Positions 33,134 to 46,601 of a stretch of 64,000 nt of DNA are shown here, one piece after another. The stretch spans positions 186,001-250,000 of the forward strand of contig BAAIJX010000013.1 of assembly GCA_054600435.1 (NCBI GenBank), read 5' to 3'. The translations under genes were made by a program, and so were the position numbers. The stretch comes from Neophaeotheca triangularis. Lineage: Eukaryota. The notes under the pieces were generated by a model, which did not search any database, was not told the DNA's origin, and worked only from the letters and a program-made list of their open reading frames with translations. The stretch's first letter is position 1; each line of letters starts with the position of its first letter.

Positions 33134-33896
33134 TTTGTATGCTTTTGGAGGGAAGTGGAGTAGAAAGCGTCCACATGGAATCGCGTTACCTTCGACACCA
33201 CATTCACCTGCCTGTCTGTCGCTGGTGGTAGGGGGTGGTGTTCATGTACAATACAGCAAGCTCGGCAAGGTACCTTGGAGGCGGCGGTGACGGCGGTGGG
33301 GGTGTGGGGTAAGAGCTAGAGGCCTATTGACTGCGGCGTGAAGTCGTGTGTTGTGTGTGGCGTAATATGGTGTAGGAACGGTTTGTTGTTTGCAGACGAC
33401 GACTCCCAGCGCGAGTTGCCAGATTGCCGTCGATATTGTAGGAGTGAGCAATAGGGCAGAGTTGACGAGGCAAGGAATGTTCTACAAGGTGAGACGAACG
33501 AAAGACCACCTGCAGTTGGACCAGCTGCCTGGACCACCACCTCCTACTCTCTGGAGGGCTTGTGACTGGACCTCGGCTTACTTGCTCCAATCGAGCTCTT
33601 ATCTCGCTTTATCTGTTCCCCTTATCAGGCTTATCTTTCTCAGGGACAATCGATAAGACAACTACGTCAAGCACAAATGGTTGCAGTCACGACTTCGACT
33701 TCGACTACACCTACATGCTGTTTCACTAACAAGCTCATCCCCTATTCCCTTTCGCCATTACCCTGCCTGTCTTCCCTTATCTTTGGTATTTGAACTGATA
33801 CCTCTCGGCCTGTGGAGCTGCAGCAAGTCTTTGTCCCACCAAAACAAACCCCTCCCGCCTCCCGAGACTCGCCCGCAGCCAGAAGAGGAAGGAAGG

Positions 33897-36800
33897 ATGC
33901 CGAAGAAGACCAAGGGCCGCGCAAAGCAAAAAGCCAAGGCCAATGAAGCCAGGCAACAAGGCGGAAAGGCACGCAAGTTTGCAGACAATTTTGCCGCAAA
34001 GTCTGTACTCGCGCGCGACGCCAGCGACGATGAGGGTAAGCTACACCTTTCGCCACATTAACATACACCCCCACTGCAAGTTTCACCTACTGACACTTTC
34101 GCAACTGCAGCTGGCAACATAGGCTTCCGTGGTTTTAGTTTAGGCAGCAAGGGCAAGAGCTCAAGACCTCAACAAGCGCAACCTTTACGCCACACCCAAG
34201 TCGCATTCGTCAGCGCTGGCAACCAGACACCAATCGTCTCTATTGAAGAGGAGGAGGTCAACACACCTGTCACGGCGCCACAAGAGCAGGACGACGTGGA
34301 CATGGTAGACGGCCCAGACGAGCTGCAAGCCAATATTGACGCTTCGGGTCTCCACTCTGACGAACACCCCAACAAGATGAAAGATACCGACGTGGACGCA
34401 ATGGCACAGATGAGCATAGAAAGTTCAGCAGAAGTCACTGCTTTGGACACCGATACTGCGCCTTCCGACTTCGACATGCAACCTCAGTCAGATGCGCAAC
34501 TTTTCGTTGTTGACATGGCTGGTGACCCAGACGTCAGAATGACCAAAGCAGATGGCAAGCGCCCAGCTCCTGCTGTTCGCGACCCTTCTCCCACACCATC
34601 AAACTCCAGCGAGGAAGTAGTGGTCTTCAGCGGCCGTAACAAGGCACAGCCAAAGAGCATCGAGGACCCTGTAGGGAAGAGAGAGCCAGTCAATCAGAAG
34701 GAAAAGGTTGTTCAGGAACCAACAATTAGCAAAAGGCTTAAACCTCATGAAAAACAGGCTCTAATGGATGCAGATCGCGCTAACAATAAAGCCAACAATC
34801 AGGAGAAGAGGAACGAGCTTGTGAAGGACGCTACAAACCATCCGAGGACTTCGCGTTCGCCTAGCAAACAGAGGGACTCGCGCTCGCCAGACAAAGACGA
34901 CCTACTTGGCCCTTTGGAGCGTTCACTGCGTACGTCGCGTACTCAAGCCCAAACTCGTCCCACCGCTTTCCCTGCCGGACCTATGCAAGAGCCAGTCCAG
35001 GCGCTGGGTCTCATGCCTCAGCAGGATGTCGCCGAGGAGCCTTGGGCCCCAGCGCCTTCAGGCAAGTGGTGGAAAGGTGAAGGGGCTCCCCAGAACGTGG
35101 AGGATTTACGTAAGCTCGACATGGAGTCGTTCGTTGCACCTCCTTTTAGGACCGCTGAGCAAGGGCCAAGTACGGGTGCCTCCAAGATTGCCGATCTCCA
35201 AGCCGAGTGGAAGGCTGCTCTTCGTGAGAAGCGTGCGACCAATCCCGGCAACAAGATTCAAAGTCGCAAGGGCAAGAACAATCGCAAGAGACAAAACCGC
35301 CAGTTGGTCAACATGGGCGACGACATGAGTGACGTAGAGAGCGCAGCTGCCATGGCTGACTACGTCCAAAACATGAAAGAGCAGCTTAACGGGGATGACT
35401 CTTTCGAGCCATCCAAGTTTGTTGAACGTACAAGTCCAGCTGTCGATCTTGACAACTTAGCCAGCGGCGATGGAGGGGATTGGGTGTCGGATGACTCCAT
35501 CAGCATTTTGGGCGACTCGGATGATTCGGACGCCTCTAGCCCTGATGAGCGTACGCGTGAGGACGTTGAGGACGACCTCTACTCAGCGCACCCAGAGATA
35601 CTCGAGCGTCATATACGCGAAATGGCGGAGGCTCAAGCTCGGGATGAGTACGACTACGACTCGTCTGATTTCGAGAGACAGCTGGCGAGGGAGGAAAAAG
35701 AAGACTACGAGGATGCAGAGGATCTTCGCCTTCGTAGAATCGAGAGAATGGACGACGAGACGATCGCTCGGATGCTTGCGAAGCAACAGGAGCTGGGCAT
35801 CCCAGGTGACGAGCTTGTCATCGAGACGGGTGACTACAGCAGTCCAACCTCCGATGACGACGAATACGATGGGTTCGGCGACATCGACGAGGCGCGTTCA
35901 GGTCTTGCACGTCTGCAGGCTCTGCAAGCCGGTAAGAAGAGCGCGACGAAGATGCCCCAGAAAGATCGCAAGGGCTTTTTCAGGGAGGTTCGCCAGGCTA
36001 GCAAGGCAGCCAACGGTGAGAAGAAAGGAAAGAAGAACAAGGATACCGATTTTGCCTTCCCTTCTGCAAGTGGCCTGGCTAGTTTCCTTGAGTCTGAAGA
36101 GTACGGCGGAATCGAAGATCTCGGCTTCGACATAATGGACTTTGAGCGGCCATCTCTCAACCCTCGAAAAACCACTGGCCGCCGCGGCAAATTGCCACAG
36201 GAGATTGAGGATCTCTTGGACGAGGAGCTGCAAGGCGAGCTGCACAGGCAGTGGGCTAAAGATAAGGAGAAGAAAAAGTCTGTCAAAGCCCACCGCGAAG
36301 AACAGCGCATGCAAGGTCTGCTCGGTACACACGGGGGTCCCGCCGATCTCAGCGCCAAATACCAATCCGGCATCACCAAGCCCCAGCTCATTTCCGAGCT
36401 TACCCTGTTCCTCCTCGACGAGGGCCGCACCTCCTGCCCTTTACCCCCGATGCAAAGTTCAGACCGCAAAGCCGTCCACGAAGCTGTCGCCAAAATCGGA
36501 CTCAACTCTAAGAGCGTTGGGAAACAACAGGCGCGCTTCACCGTTGTGCACAAAACCGGCAAAACTCTCATCAACGAAGAAGCTCTCCTGCGAGCCGTCC
36601 GCACCACTCGCGGTCTCAAAGGTTTCATCAAAAACAACTCTTACACGGGCAAAACCAAATCCCAACACTTCGACAACAAGACCGGCCGCACTGTGCGGGC
36701 CAAACGGCAAGGCGGCGTTGGCGAAGCCGGTATGAACCGCGAAGGCGCCGTTGTCGCTCAACATGCCAAAGAGCTGGGTAAGGAGAACAAGGGCCACAGC

Positions 36801-37019
36801 ATGATGGAGAAGATGGGCTGGACCAGCGGCACGGGTCTGGGCGCGCAGCGCGATGGGCGTGTCGTTCCCGTTGAGGCCATGATCAAGACTACTAAGTCTG
36901 GGTTGGGGCAGGGTAGTGGGAAGGGTTCTGGTGGTGGGGGACAGTCCAGCGCTTTTGGCTTTATGAAGGGCAAGAGCGGGATGGGTGGGAGAACGGGTGT
37001 GGATGATGAGTGGGATTAA
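33897..37019 (+). CDS. SQS1: Sqs1/Pfa1-like R3H and G-patch protein
   Basis: R3H-like LPPMQSSDRKAVHEA..LNSKSVGK; G-patch NKGHSMMEKMGWTSGTGLG..KSGLG. Intron 34036-34110. Confidence 0.8.
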
Positions 37020-37876
37020 GTCATCAGCGGGACCTCCTTTTCATCGTTTCGACCCGTCGAGTTGATTTGCTGTGTTCGTTGACACAGCAAGTCCCCGGCC
37101 TCTCGCATTGCACCACACCGCACGCTTCCCTCGCAAATGGGGCGCAAAGCCAGCCTCGACTTGGCTAAGCGAAGCCTCGCACACGCGAACGGAATCAGCC
37201 CATAGCATTCGCTGGCTATGCAAAACAATCTCCTAAATCGGCGCGGTACACACAACAAACCACAGTGGCTCTTTCTTTTTCTGGTTCTCAGCAGCAGAGC
37301 TTGGGCCCGTTTTCTCTCGCGGCAAGGCGCAACGGCATCAACGGAACAGCGTTCACGGCAAGCCGCTTCTTTTAAGGCGTTTCAATTACCGCTGTCAAAT
37401 TGAAGCTTCAGAGTGCTTCGTAAGAGAGAATAAGGGGAATGGGCTTGCGCGCTGAAACAAGATGAGTGTAGTTTCGTAAATTAGGTTGTCGTGTACCAGT
37501 TCGCTGATGCATGGTGGACGTCGCCAGTGGTGCTTTTTAGGTTGGTGTTGTAAGCTGAGTGCCAATTTCCGTAGGCCCTTGATACTGTCGCGAAAGTGGT
37601 TGTGGATGTATGCTGCTCTAGGAATCATTGACAATCCGTGATTCAACTATTGCGGTCGTGAGGTGCGACTGAGAACTATATATGCGTACTCACATTGTCG
37701 TCGACTTCTAACCGAGTTTTTTTTAAGCCTCTCGCTTTCGAGTACACTTGCTCGATATCTCACTGAAGCAGGGCGCGTCGAGACTTTCCAAGCGCGTGTG
37801 TTGAGACGAACGGCTATAAGAGAGGATGAGACCTCTGCGTCAACGGACAGGAAACCCCTCCCAATCCAACACCCGT

Positions 37877-39889
37877 TTATCTCCTCCTCCCCGCCCCACC
37901 CCCCTCCCCCCTCTGCTCCAAACTAACCACCTCCCCAATCCCCGCATCCTCCTGCGCATCCTCAAGCGCCTGCACCTCCTCCCTCGCATCCCACCACCGA
38001 CGCTCAGCCAACTCAAAAGCCTTCTTTCGCAACTCTTTAACGCCCGCCAGCTCCTCGCGCGAAGAGTTAAACTTCTGCAGTTCTAGCAAATGGTTCTGCC
38101 AGTCGTTGGAAGTGCGCTCGAAAAAGGCACGTAGTGTTTCGAAAGGCCGGGGCTGGGGGAGAGAGTCCTTGGGCTCTTCTTTGGTGTCGTCGATTTCGGG
38201 CTCGGCTGGGTCGACGATGGAAGCCGGAGCTTCCGAAGCGGCGATGGAGGTGGCGGGCGTGCTGACATCCTCTTCGTCCCCCTCTTCGTCTTCGGAGCCG
38301 TCGTCCTCGTCTTCGTCACCTTCTTCGTCCGAACTCTCTTCGTCCTCGCTCCCTTGCCAGTCCTCAATCTCGTTTTTGAAGACTTCCTTCACCCCGTCCA
38401 GACGCCCCAAGTCTACCGCCCACATCTCGTCGAAAGTGAATTCGCGGTCGCCTTTTTCGAACGTGCCGCCGAAGATGTAGAGTGTGTCTTCTTGCACGGT
38501 CAGGGACGTGTTGAATCGCGGGTGCGGGAACTCGTAGAGGACCGGCTTCTCCACTTTATCCGGGGATTCATCCGCGTCGTCTGCTTGCGTGGCTTGAGGC
38601 GCGGCATCGTCGCCCTCGGTGTCGATGGAGCCCTTGTTCTCGATAAGCGCGAGGTTCCGTAGCAATTCCTCTTCATCCGCTTTGCCCCTACCTCGCCGAC
38701 TGCGCTCAGCGGCTGCGGCGATTTTCTTCGCGCTCGTGCGTGGTTTTCGCAGGCCCAGCTGAAAAAAGCGGTTGCGGTCGATGTTGTAAGCGAATAGCTG
38801 GTTGAAGAACTCGCTGTCGATGCCCTCTTCGCTCAGCTCCACATCATGCACGCCGCCGAAAGCAATGCCCCTGCCCTTGTGGTACGCCATGGTGGCACCA
38901 GCGCGTGGCGGGTTCGGGGAGTTAACGGGCTTCTTCCTCCGCTCCCAGCGCACCGTCGGCAGAGCGTTTGCGGGAGCGTCTGAAGCCGGCGGCGTGATTC
39001 GCAGAAACCACGTGTCCTGGTGCACGACGGGTTTCATCGTCGTCTTGGAGAGCTGCTTGCCGCCTTTGAGAGTACGGCCGGTACTGGTCGTGGCTTTGAC
39101 GCGGCTGTAGCCTCCATAAACCACTGCGCCGTTTTCATGCGGCAGCAAGCTGAAACTAGATCGTGCGTCGGGTTTCTGGCTAGCGGGCGGCAACGCAGGC
39201 TGGTGCCAACTGTACTTCTGCGTGTCATAGAGCCAGACATCTTGCAAGTACTTGGTCTGCTGGGAAGTGTCCTGGAAACCGCCGAAGAGGACAATGTAAT
39301 TTTTGAAATAAGTCATGCGGTGGCCAGACCTGGCGGGAGGGCCGTTTTTGCCTTCGAGCTTTGTCCACTCGCGGGATTGCGGCTCGAGGCGCCAGAAGTC
39401 GTTGTAGTGGTAGAAAGTGCCTTGCTTTGGGGACGAGAACTCGCCGCCGAAGACGTAGATGCCGCCTTTACCGTCTTGACACATTGCGTGGCCGCTACGG
39501 GGGAGGGGGGAGTTGGGAGAAGTGACTTTGCGCCAGGTGTCGGAGTTGAGTTTGTAGACGTAGAGGTCGTTGTAAAAGTGCGCCACGGCGCCGTTCCAAT
39601 ACTCGCCGCCGAAGAGGAAGAGTTCGGACGAGTTGCTCGGGGAGGCTACCAGCGTTGCGGACGAGCGTGGTTTGGGCGGTTCCGAGACGGTTTCGGTGAT
39701 TTTCAGGAATGCTTCTTGCTGTTTTTGGTATTCGGCTAGGATGGCATCAAGGTCGGCGTCCTCGACATCGCTGTCTTCGTCCTTGGACTTTTTGGACGTT
39801 TTCTTTTCTTTCTTCACAGTCTTCTTTTCTTGCTTCGCTGCCGTTCGCTCTTTTTTCGCAGCCTTTTTGGCCTTTGCGTCTTTGGCCAT
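37877..39889 (-). CDS. KEL3: Kelch-repeat protein Kel3/KLHDC4 with DUF4110-type tail
   Basis: Repeated FGGE/PPARSGH kelch motifs; PRPFETLRAFFERT; KELRKKAF. Confidence 0.9.
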   Translation of the reverse strand: MAKDAKAKKAAKKERTAAKQEKKTVKKEKKTSKKSKDEDSDVEDADLDAILAEYQKQQEAFLKITETVSEPPKPRSSATLVASPSNSSELFLFGGEYWNGAVAHFYNDLYVYKLNSDTWRKVTSPNSPLPRSGHAMCQDGKGGIYVFGGEFSSPKQGTFYHYNDFWRLEPQSREWTKLEGKNGPPARSGHRMTYFKNYIVLFGGFQDTSQQTKYLQDVWLYDTQKYSWHQPALPPASQKPDARSSFSLLPHENGAVVYGGYSRVKATTSTGRTLKGGKQLSKTTMKPVVHQDTWFLRITPPASDAPANALPTVRWERRKKPVNSPNPPRAGATMAYHKGRGIAFGGVHDVELSEEGIDSEFFNQLFAYNIDRNRFFQLGLRKPRTSAKKIAAAAERSRRGRGKADEEELLRNLALIENKGSIDTEGDDAAPQATQADDADESPDKVEKPVLYEFPHPRFNTSLTVQEDTLYIFGGTFEKGDREFTFDEMWAVDLGRLDGVKEVFKNEIEDWQGSEDEESSDEEGDEDEDDGSEDEEGDEEDVSTPATSIAASEAPASIVDPAEPEIDDTKEEPKDSLPQPRPFETLRAFFERTSNDWQNHLLELQKFNSSREELAGVKELRKKAFELAERRWWDAREEVQALEDAQEDAGIGEVVSLEQRGEGGGAGRRR

Positions 39890-40096
39890 GATGGGATTAG
39901 ATTGTCAATGGGCGTTTGTCTGGAAACAGTGTTTCCGGCCTCGATGTGTCGTGTGAAAAGTTGATGGCTTTTTGCAATTCAAAGTGTTGGATAGTGGTGT
40001 GGCGTTTGAGGTGTGTGTCGACTTCACCTTCTCCACCAAAGAAAGCTTGCTTGACTTGACATCCTCTCCTCTACTCTACTCTTCCAAGAACATGCA

Positions 40097-41585
40097 ATGC
40101 TCAACATTAGGCGCAAAATGGCTACCATCTCCCCGGCCAGGATTGTGAGCCAGCAGTCGCATATTGTCCCAGGTAAGTCTGCCGATTGGAAGAGTCGATA
40201 TCTACCACTGACATTATTAAACAGGCAAGCTCAAGATTACAGAGCACTTCTTCGACGTGCCAAAAGACTACAGCAAACCACATGCAGGCACCATTCGTGT
40301 CTTTGCCAGATCAGCACGCAGACACGACACACCGATAGTGCCCGATGACTCGCCGGAGAAGCAACAGCTCCCATGGATGGTCTATCTTCAAGGCGGCCCA
40401 GGCATGGAATGTCGCCCACCACAAGCCTACCCCTGGAACGATACTATCCTGGACAAAGGGTATCAAATGCTCTACCTTGATCAACGGGGTACTGGTCTTT
40501 CTACTCCAGTCACAGCCTCAACCCTCCAAATGCGCGGTGGCACCGACGTCCAAGCGAAATACCTCAAGCTCTACCGCGCCGACTCCATCGTCAAAGACTG
40601 TGAAGCCATCCGTCTTGCGCTTACAGCAGACTATCCCGAGAGCAAGAAGAAATGGTCCATCATGGGTCAAAGCTTCGGGGGCTTCTGCGGCATCAGCTAC
40701 CTCTCCTTCCACCCCGAAGGCCTACGCGAAGCCTTCCTCTTCGGCGGCCTGCAGCCACTCGTAACTTCTCCAGATCCCGTGTACCAACACCTCTACAAGA
40801 AAGTCATCCAACGCAATGCAGCATATTACGACAAATATCCCACCGACATCCCCAAAGTGAAAAAGATCATGTCCTACCTCTCACGCTTCGGCGACGGCAA
40901 AATCAAGCTCCCCTCGGAAGGCTCTCTCACCCGCCGCAGATTCCAGCAACTAGGCCACTATTTCGGTGCTCACGGTGGTGTCGACAGCGTCCACGACATC
41001 GTCCTCAAGGCCAGCTACGACATCGACTCCTTCGGCCACATGACGCGGGGCACCCTATCTCAAATCGACCGCGCGCTCCCCTTTGACGACAACCTCCTCT
41101 ACTCCATTCTCCACGAACCCATCTACTGCTCCGGCGAAGGCCATGCACCGGAGTGGTCAGCAGAACGCTTACGCTCACAATTCCCCGAATTCAACGTCGA
41201 CGACCCGGCCACTACTGCACCAGCTTCAGCAGACAGCTCCGACGACAAACCCATCTATTTCACAGGCGAGATGATCTACCCCTGGATGTTCGAAGACTAC
41301 TCCGAACTGCGCAAGGTGCAACTCGTGGCCGAGCTCGTGGCCAAAGACTCCTCCTGGGGCCCGCTCTTCGACAAAGAGCAATTGGCCCGGAACACGGTTC
41401 CCGTGTACGCGGCGGCGTATGTCGAGGACATGTATGTGGATTTTGAGCATAGCATGGCGACTGCGACGGCCATCAAGGGGTGCAAGGTTTTCTCCACGAA
41501 TGTCATGTTCCATAATGCTGTTAGTGCCAAGTCGGCGGAGGTGGTCAAGCAGGCTTTCCAGTTGAGGGATGATGTTTTGGATTAG
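40097..41585 (+). CDS. Proline iminopeptidase (alpha/beta hydrolase)
   Basis: YLQGGPG, DQRGTGLS, RADSIVKDCE, GQSFGGF, FTGEMIYPW, DMYVD. Intron 40173-40224; ATG at 40097 or 40118. Confidence 0.92.
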
Positions 41586-42112
41586 CTGAGTGCGTGAAAA
41601 GGAGGGGAAGTGGCGATTTGCTGGCGTGTTCTCCGGAAATGCAAGCAGAGTCGCTATGAGCTCGTCGATGTTCGCTGAGGCCCAATGATTTGCTAAAGTA
41701 AGCCACTGTTGCCAGTGGCATGATAATGCAAAGTACCAAGGCCGTGCTCGAGATGAAGACTCCATCTGGCTGTCACGTAGTCTGGAATCAGCATAAATTT
41801 CAAAATTGCCTCACAGGTGACGCTGCCACGAGGCGGAATACCGGGCGGAAACCGTCGTGAAATATACCCGCTTTCGCCTGATGAAAAAGGAATCAGCGAT
41901 CCACGTTGTAGTCTTACGAAAAAGGGAGGTAAGAGCATTTAGACCTAATGATATGCTCCATGCGTCAAAGCGAGCAGAGTCAATGCCTTGAATGGCTACA
42001 AGATAACGTACGGCCATACTTCAAAATTCGTGCAGGCACGTCGAGAAGCGGGCGAAGCAGATTATTGGCTTTTGGAGAGCAATAAGACGATAGCTTTATG
42101 CGTCTATATAAG

Positions 42113-43470
42113 CTACAGTCGCGAAGTCCCAGGTTGCTGGAAAGCTTCTACAGCTTCTTTAACGTCGAGCTCCAGGTCTCGATCCCAAATCCAGTCCTGG
42201 CGCACTTTCAACTGCTCCTTCACCTTCTCCCAGTCCTCACCGATGCCGGGAAATTGCAAATCATACAGCAAGCCAGCCTCCCTCGCCGTTTTGACTTGAC
42301 GCTGACTTCGCGGCCTGCGGACCTTGTCGAAAGCAGCAAAAGCTCTCTGGATGTCTTCGCTTTGGTAGACCATGCCCATGACTCTGCTCATGACCAAGGC
42401 GTCCTCGATGGCTTGCCCGGCACCGGCGCCTTGGTGTGGCGTTGAAGCGTGCGCGGCGTCGCCTAGCATGCAGATTCTGCCCTTTGTGTAAGTGGGAGCG
42501 GGCGGGTGTTCGAACAAGGCCCAGACATCGGGTTTCTCCATCAAGCTCAAGATGCGCCTGGTGCTCTCCACCCAGCCGTCAAAATCTCGCTCCATGCCCG
42601 CTCGATCCATGGGTTTGACCCATTCGTCGTCTTCCCATTTGCCGTCCGCCTTGGTGCTGAACGCAACCACGTTCATCGTCTGGCCCTTCTCGATGGGGAA
42701 GGTGAGGATGTGCCCACCTCGACCCATGTACAGCTGGGCGTTCTGAGCGAGCTCGGCACCCAGTAGCTCCGTGGCGCGGGACATGGGTATAAGACCGCGG
42801 TAAGCGTATTTGCCGCTGAACTGGGGCGTTGCAGCTGGATGGTCGGCCCCCAGGACGATCTTACGGGTGCGTGACTTTACGCCATCGCAGCCAATGACAG
42901 CGGAATGGGTCGCCGTACTTCCATCGCTGAACTTGAGGAGTACCTTCTCGCCGTCATCGTGAACATCCTCGAGGCGTTTGCCAAAATGCGCGATCGAATC
43001 AGGCACGAGCGCGACTAGCTCGTCAAGATAGCTGGCGCGGTGGACGCTCGTCTGACCCGTCGAGCACCAGAGGTCCAAGACGCTCGTTCCATTGGCGCTA
43101 TCACTGTCGCTATTCTGGCCTTTGCGGAACGAGAACCAGTAGTTCGCCTTGGTCGGCCATTGGTTGTTGGTAGCGCAATGCTCGAAACCCTTGTGGATGG
43201 CGGGATCGATCATTTGCATCGCACGAGAGGCATTGGGGCCCAGGCTGACTCCTGCACCTATTTCGGCGAAACTAGGGGCCGCTGATGGTAGATGTTAGTA
43301 GGTAGTTGAGATTGAGATGGGAGCGTGGGAGTTGGCTTAGTACCTTCGTAGACTTCGACTGGGACGCCCTGGCGAAGAAGCCCAATCGTCGTACATAGCC
43401 CTCCTATGCCGCCTCCAACGACTGCGATGGAGTATTTTCGGTTCTGGTCGATCTGGTAGTTTGGCGCCAT
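42113..43470 (-). CDS. FAD-dependent monooxygenase (salicylate hydroxylase-like)
   Basis: GGGIGG, EIGAG, VHRA, IGCDGVKS, GDAAHASTPHQGAGAGQAIED. Intron 43282-43343. Confidence 0.93.
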
Positions 43471-44125
43471 GTTCCTCGAACTCGACTGTTGGTTCACCGG
43501 TGGAAAAGAGGAGATGGTATTGGAGGATGGCTGAGAGGAGGCAAGGAAATAACCTCAAGGTCTCGATACTTGCCTGGCATTGACTCGACAATAGTGGACT
43601 ACAGCGATGTAGATAAAAGCAGTCTGCAGTATCCACCGATGCTTTTATTATTAGCCTTCCAGGTTGTGATGGCGTGGCTGGCGTGGAGGCGCGCGGGTCA
43701 CGATGCGGAGACGGACGAGAGAGGGACTTGGGGTTCGGCATTTGATCGCCAAGCATCTTCCACCCATCATGTCCCATCCATCTACTCTCCCGGGATCACC
43801 ATGATAGTCCCGGTGGACACAGGACGAAAGTAGCATTACCCTTGACATGCCTTTCTGATCAGCCCGCCAGTTGTAAGCATGCGACTTGACACGGCTCACG
43901 GAAAAGGCAGAGTTGCTCGGGCCTCCATCGCGAACTCCGGCACCCGTTGCAGCGGATATCAGCCTCATCGACCTCCGATATAATCACTTTCACCAAAAAA
44001 GATAAAAGCGCAATTCTCGATGCACTTTTCCCTTCCTTCACACCCTTCACAAACTTCTTGAGAAGGCCCCCACGACGAATCCCAATCCACCCCCTTGCCC
44101 CGCCTTGAACCCCGATCCTCGCAAC

Positions 44126-44887
44126 ATGAACAATAACGCATCCCCGGAGGACCTCTCCCTCCCCCGCATCCTCTGCCTCCACGGCGGCGGCGTGAACAAA
44201 GAGACTTTCCGCGCCCAAGCCCGAAGCATCATAAAAGCGCTGCCAGACTTCCGCCTCGTCTTCGCCGACGGGCCCTTCTTTTGCGACCCTGGACCAGGCA
44301 TTGTCCCCGTCTACGAAGACTGGGGTCCCTTCCGACGCTGGCTGCGCTGGCTTCCGGAACACGCCGAAATCGACGACGAGGCGGCGATCGAGGAGGTGAA
44401 TTACGCGATTGAGACTACCAAAAGGGAGGACGAGGGGACGGGGGAATGGGTGGGATTGTTGGGGTTTAGCCAGGGCGCCAAGTTGTCGAGCTCGTTGCTT
44501 TATGAGCAGCAAATACGGAAGGAGAGGACGGGGACCGCGGAAACGGATTACAAGTTTGCGGTTTTGCTGGCTGGACGCTCGCCAATTGTCAGCTTTAGCG
44601 AGCTTTCCGAGAGTCCGGCGTGCGTGCGGCCTGGGGCTATTAGTGAGGGCTTTCACTATGAGGGAGAGAGCCCGCACGTGCTGAGGCTGCCGACGATACA
44701 TGTGCATGGGCTGAATGATCAGGGCCTGCATTTACATCGGAAGATGTTGAAGCAGTATCACGATCCTGAGGCTACTACGCTTATCGAGTGGGATGGTATT
44801 CATAGGGTACCGATCAAGAAGACGGATGTACAACCCATTGCGGATGCTATATATCGTGTCGCTAGGGAGCAGGGCGTAGCGTGTTAA
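44126..44887 (+). CDS. FSH1-family serine hydrolase (CtnB/CitA-like)
   Basis: RILCLHGGG, GFSQGA, PTIHVHGLND, WDGIHRVP. Confidence 0.9.
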   Translation: MNNNASPEDLSLPRILCLHGGGVNKETFRAQARSIIKALPDFRLVFADGPFFCDPGPGIVPVYEDWGPFRRWLRWLPEHAEIDDEAAIEEVNYAIETTKREDEGTGEWVGLLGFSQGAKLSSSLLYEQQIRKERTGTAETDYKFAVLLAGRSPIVSFSELSESPACVRPGAISEGFHYEGESPHVLRLPTIHVHGLNDQGLHLHRKMLKQYHDPEATTLIEWDGIHRVPIKKTDVQPIADAIYRVAREQGVAC

Positions 44888-45146
44888 AATGGGCGTCAAT
44901 TGTACAGACAAAGGTCGTTAGGTTAGCGAGGCGTCTGGAATGATTTGGGATACCCTGGAACGATAGACTAAACGAGGACGAAGGATCCGAGCACGCATAA
45001 ATTGTCGTTGTCATAAGCTGTATAAAACTCGTGCCATGCCATGCGTCTATCGTCACGCTCAACATGCAGTAAAGACTCCTCATAACCAGCTGGCCTTCCA
45101 AGCACAATGTTGGCTGGACGGGCAGCAAGCAAGATGAAAGAGCCTT

Positions 45147-45957
45147 TTATGACTTCCCTCCCTTCTTAGCCTTTCCACCACCTCTCGCCTTCTTCATCGC
45201 GTTCTGCCTCTCCATCCTCTCCATTTGCTCCTTCTTCTCCTTTTCAACTTCGTTCCTCTCAGCCTTCTCGGCAGCCTTCCTCTCGGCAGCCTCTTCTCTT
45301 TGCTCCCTGACAATCTTCAACCTCTCCAGATCAGCCCTCGCCTCATCAGTCTTGCCCTCGGCGTGCAACTTCTGATACCGCTCCTTGGCCTGCTGAGCCT
45401 GCAAAGCCTCCCTCTCGCGACGAGAAAGCTGGCTAGGGTCGGCAGCCTTCTTCGGCTTAGCGGCGGCAGCAGCAGCGGGATCCGCAACCGGTTTAGCAAC
45501 CTGGGCGGCAGCCTTGGAAGAGTGATTGGGGTTGGCGGGCATGTCTTCGTCGTCGCTCTCCGATTCACTGCTGGTGGGCATGTCACCGGGTTGCGCTGTG
45601 CCCTGCTTCTTCTTGATTGCAGCCTCCTTCTTCGCCTTGGCCGCCGCCCTACGCTCCTCACGCGTCATCTCCGCAGCAGGCTTCTTGCTGGGAGCCTCAT
45701 CTTCGCTGCTGCTCTCCTCTGAAGACTCCTCCGAGCTGTCTTCGTCTGAACTGTCGTCGTCGCCCTGAGGTTCGGCCCACATGCTGCTCTCAACGCCATC
45801 GTCGTCGAGGGGTCGGAGGTTTCTGCTGAACTTCTTGCCGCCTGGGAATGAACGTTAGTCTGGAAGTGAAATCACTCGAAACTATTTGAGAAATGTACGC
45901 ACCTCCACGCTTTGGCTTCGAGAATTTGCCGGCACGGCCTCTAGTCGAGCTAGACAT
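45147..45957 (-). CDS. PP28/PDAP1-like casein kinase substrate phosphoprotein
   Basis: [49 protein letters not shown]. Intron 45842-45902. Confidence 0.9.
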
Positions 45958-46601
45958 GTCCTCGAGTGTTGGTGGTCTAGTTCAAGTGGGATGGTATACG
46001 GCTCCTCAGTCTTTTTTCAGATTGAAATTGTTCAGCGGTCTTTGTTCAGGGATGTCGCGTCGAGGGTTGGGAAGGGTTCAGTATGAAAGTTTAGTCAAGA
46101 ACGCTGACAAAGTATGTAACGTTGTCTTGCCTGTTACTGCTACTAGTAAGTGTGAAATGGGATGAATCAAATCACTCTCAGCGAATAATGAAACAACTTC
46201 TATTTGCTGACCCCACTACGCCCGCAGATCGAGGGAGGGGCACTTTTTGGGCCGTCATCGAGTTGGCACGTGCTCAAGAATGTCACGTGTTGGCCGACAT
46301 CACCTCTCCTTTCACATTCACTTGCCTTTGTCACTATTAGGCATTGCGTTGTTAGCACATACGAGTAACTGGGTATAACAGCCAGTCTCCCCAATGATTG
46401 CTCTCTACACCACACACGCAGAAGATAATTTCCACTCCCTCGATCATGAAACAGCTGGCGAAGCAACTTGGAAGCTCATGTCCGCGGGTGTCTCCTGAGC
46501 CTTCGAGAAACTACATAGCTTGTTCCCAAGTCTCGTATATCGCGCTGCTCCAGTCCTACTCATGTCAACGAAGATTACCACCACGAGATGTTGCACTCTA
46601 T

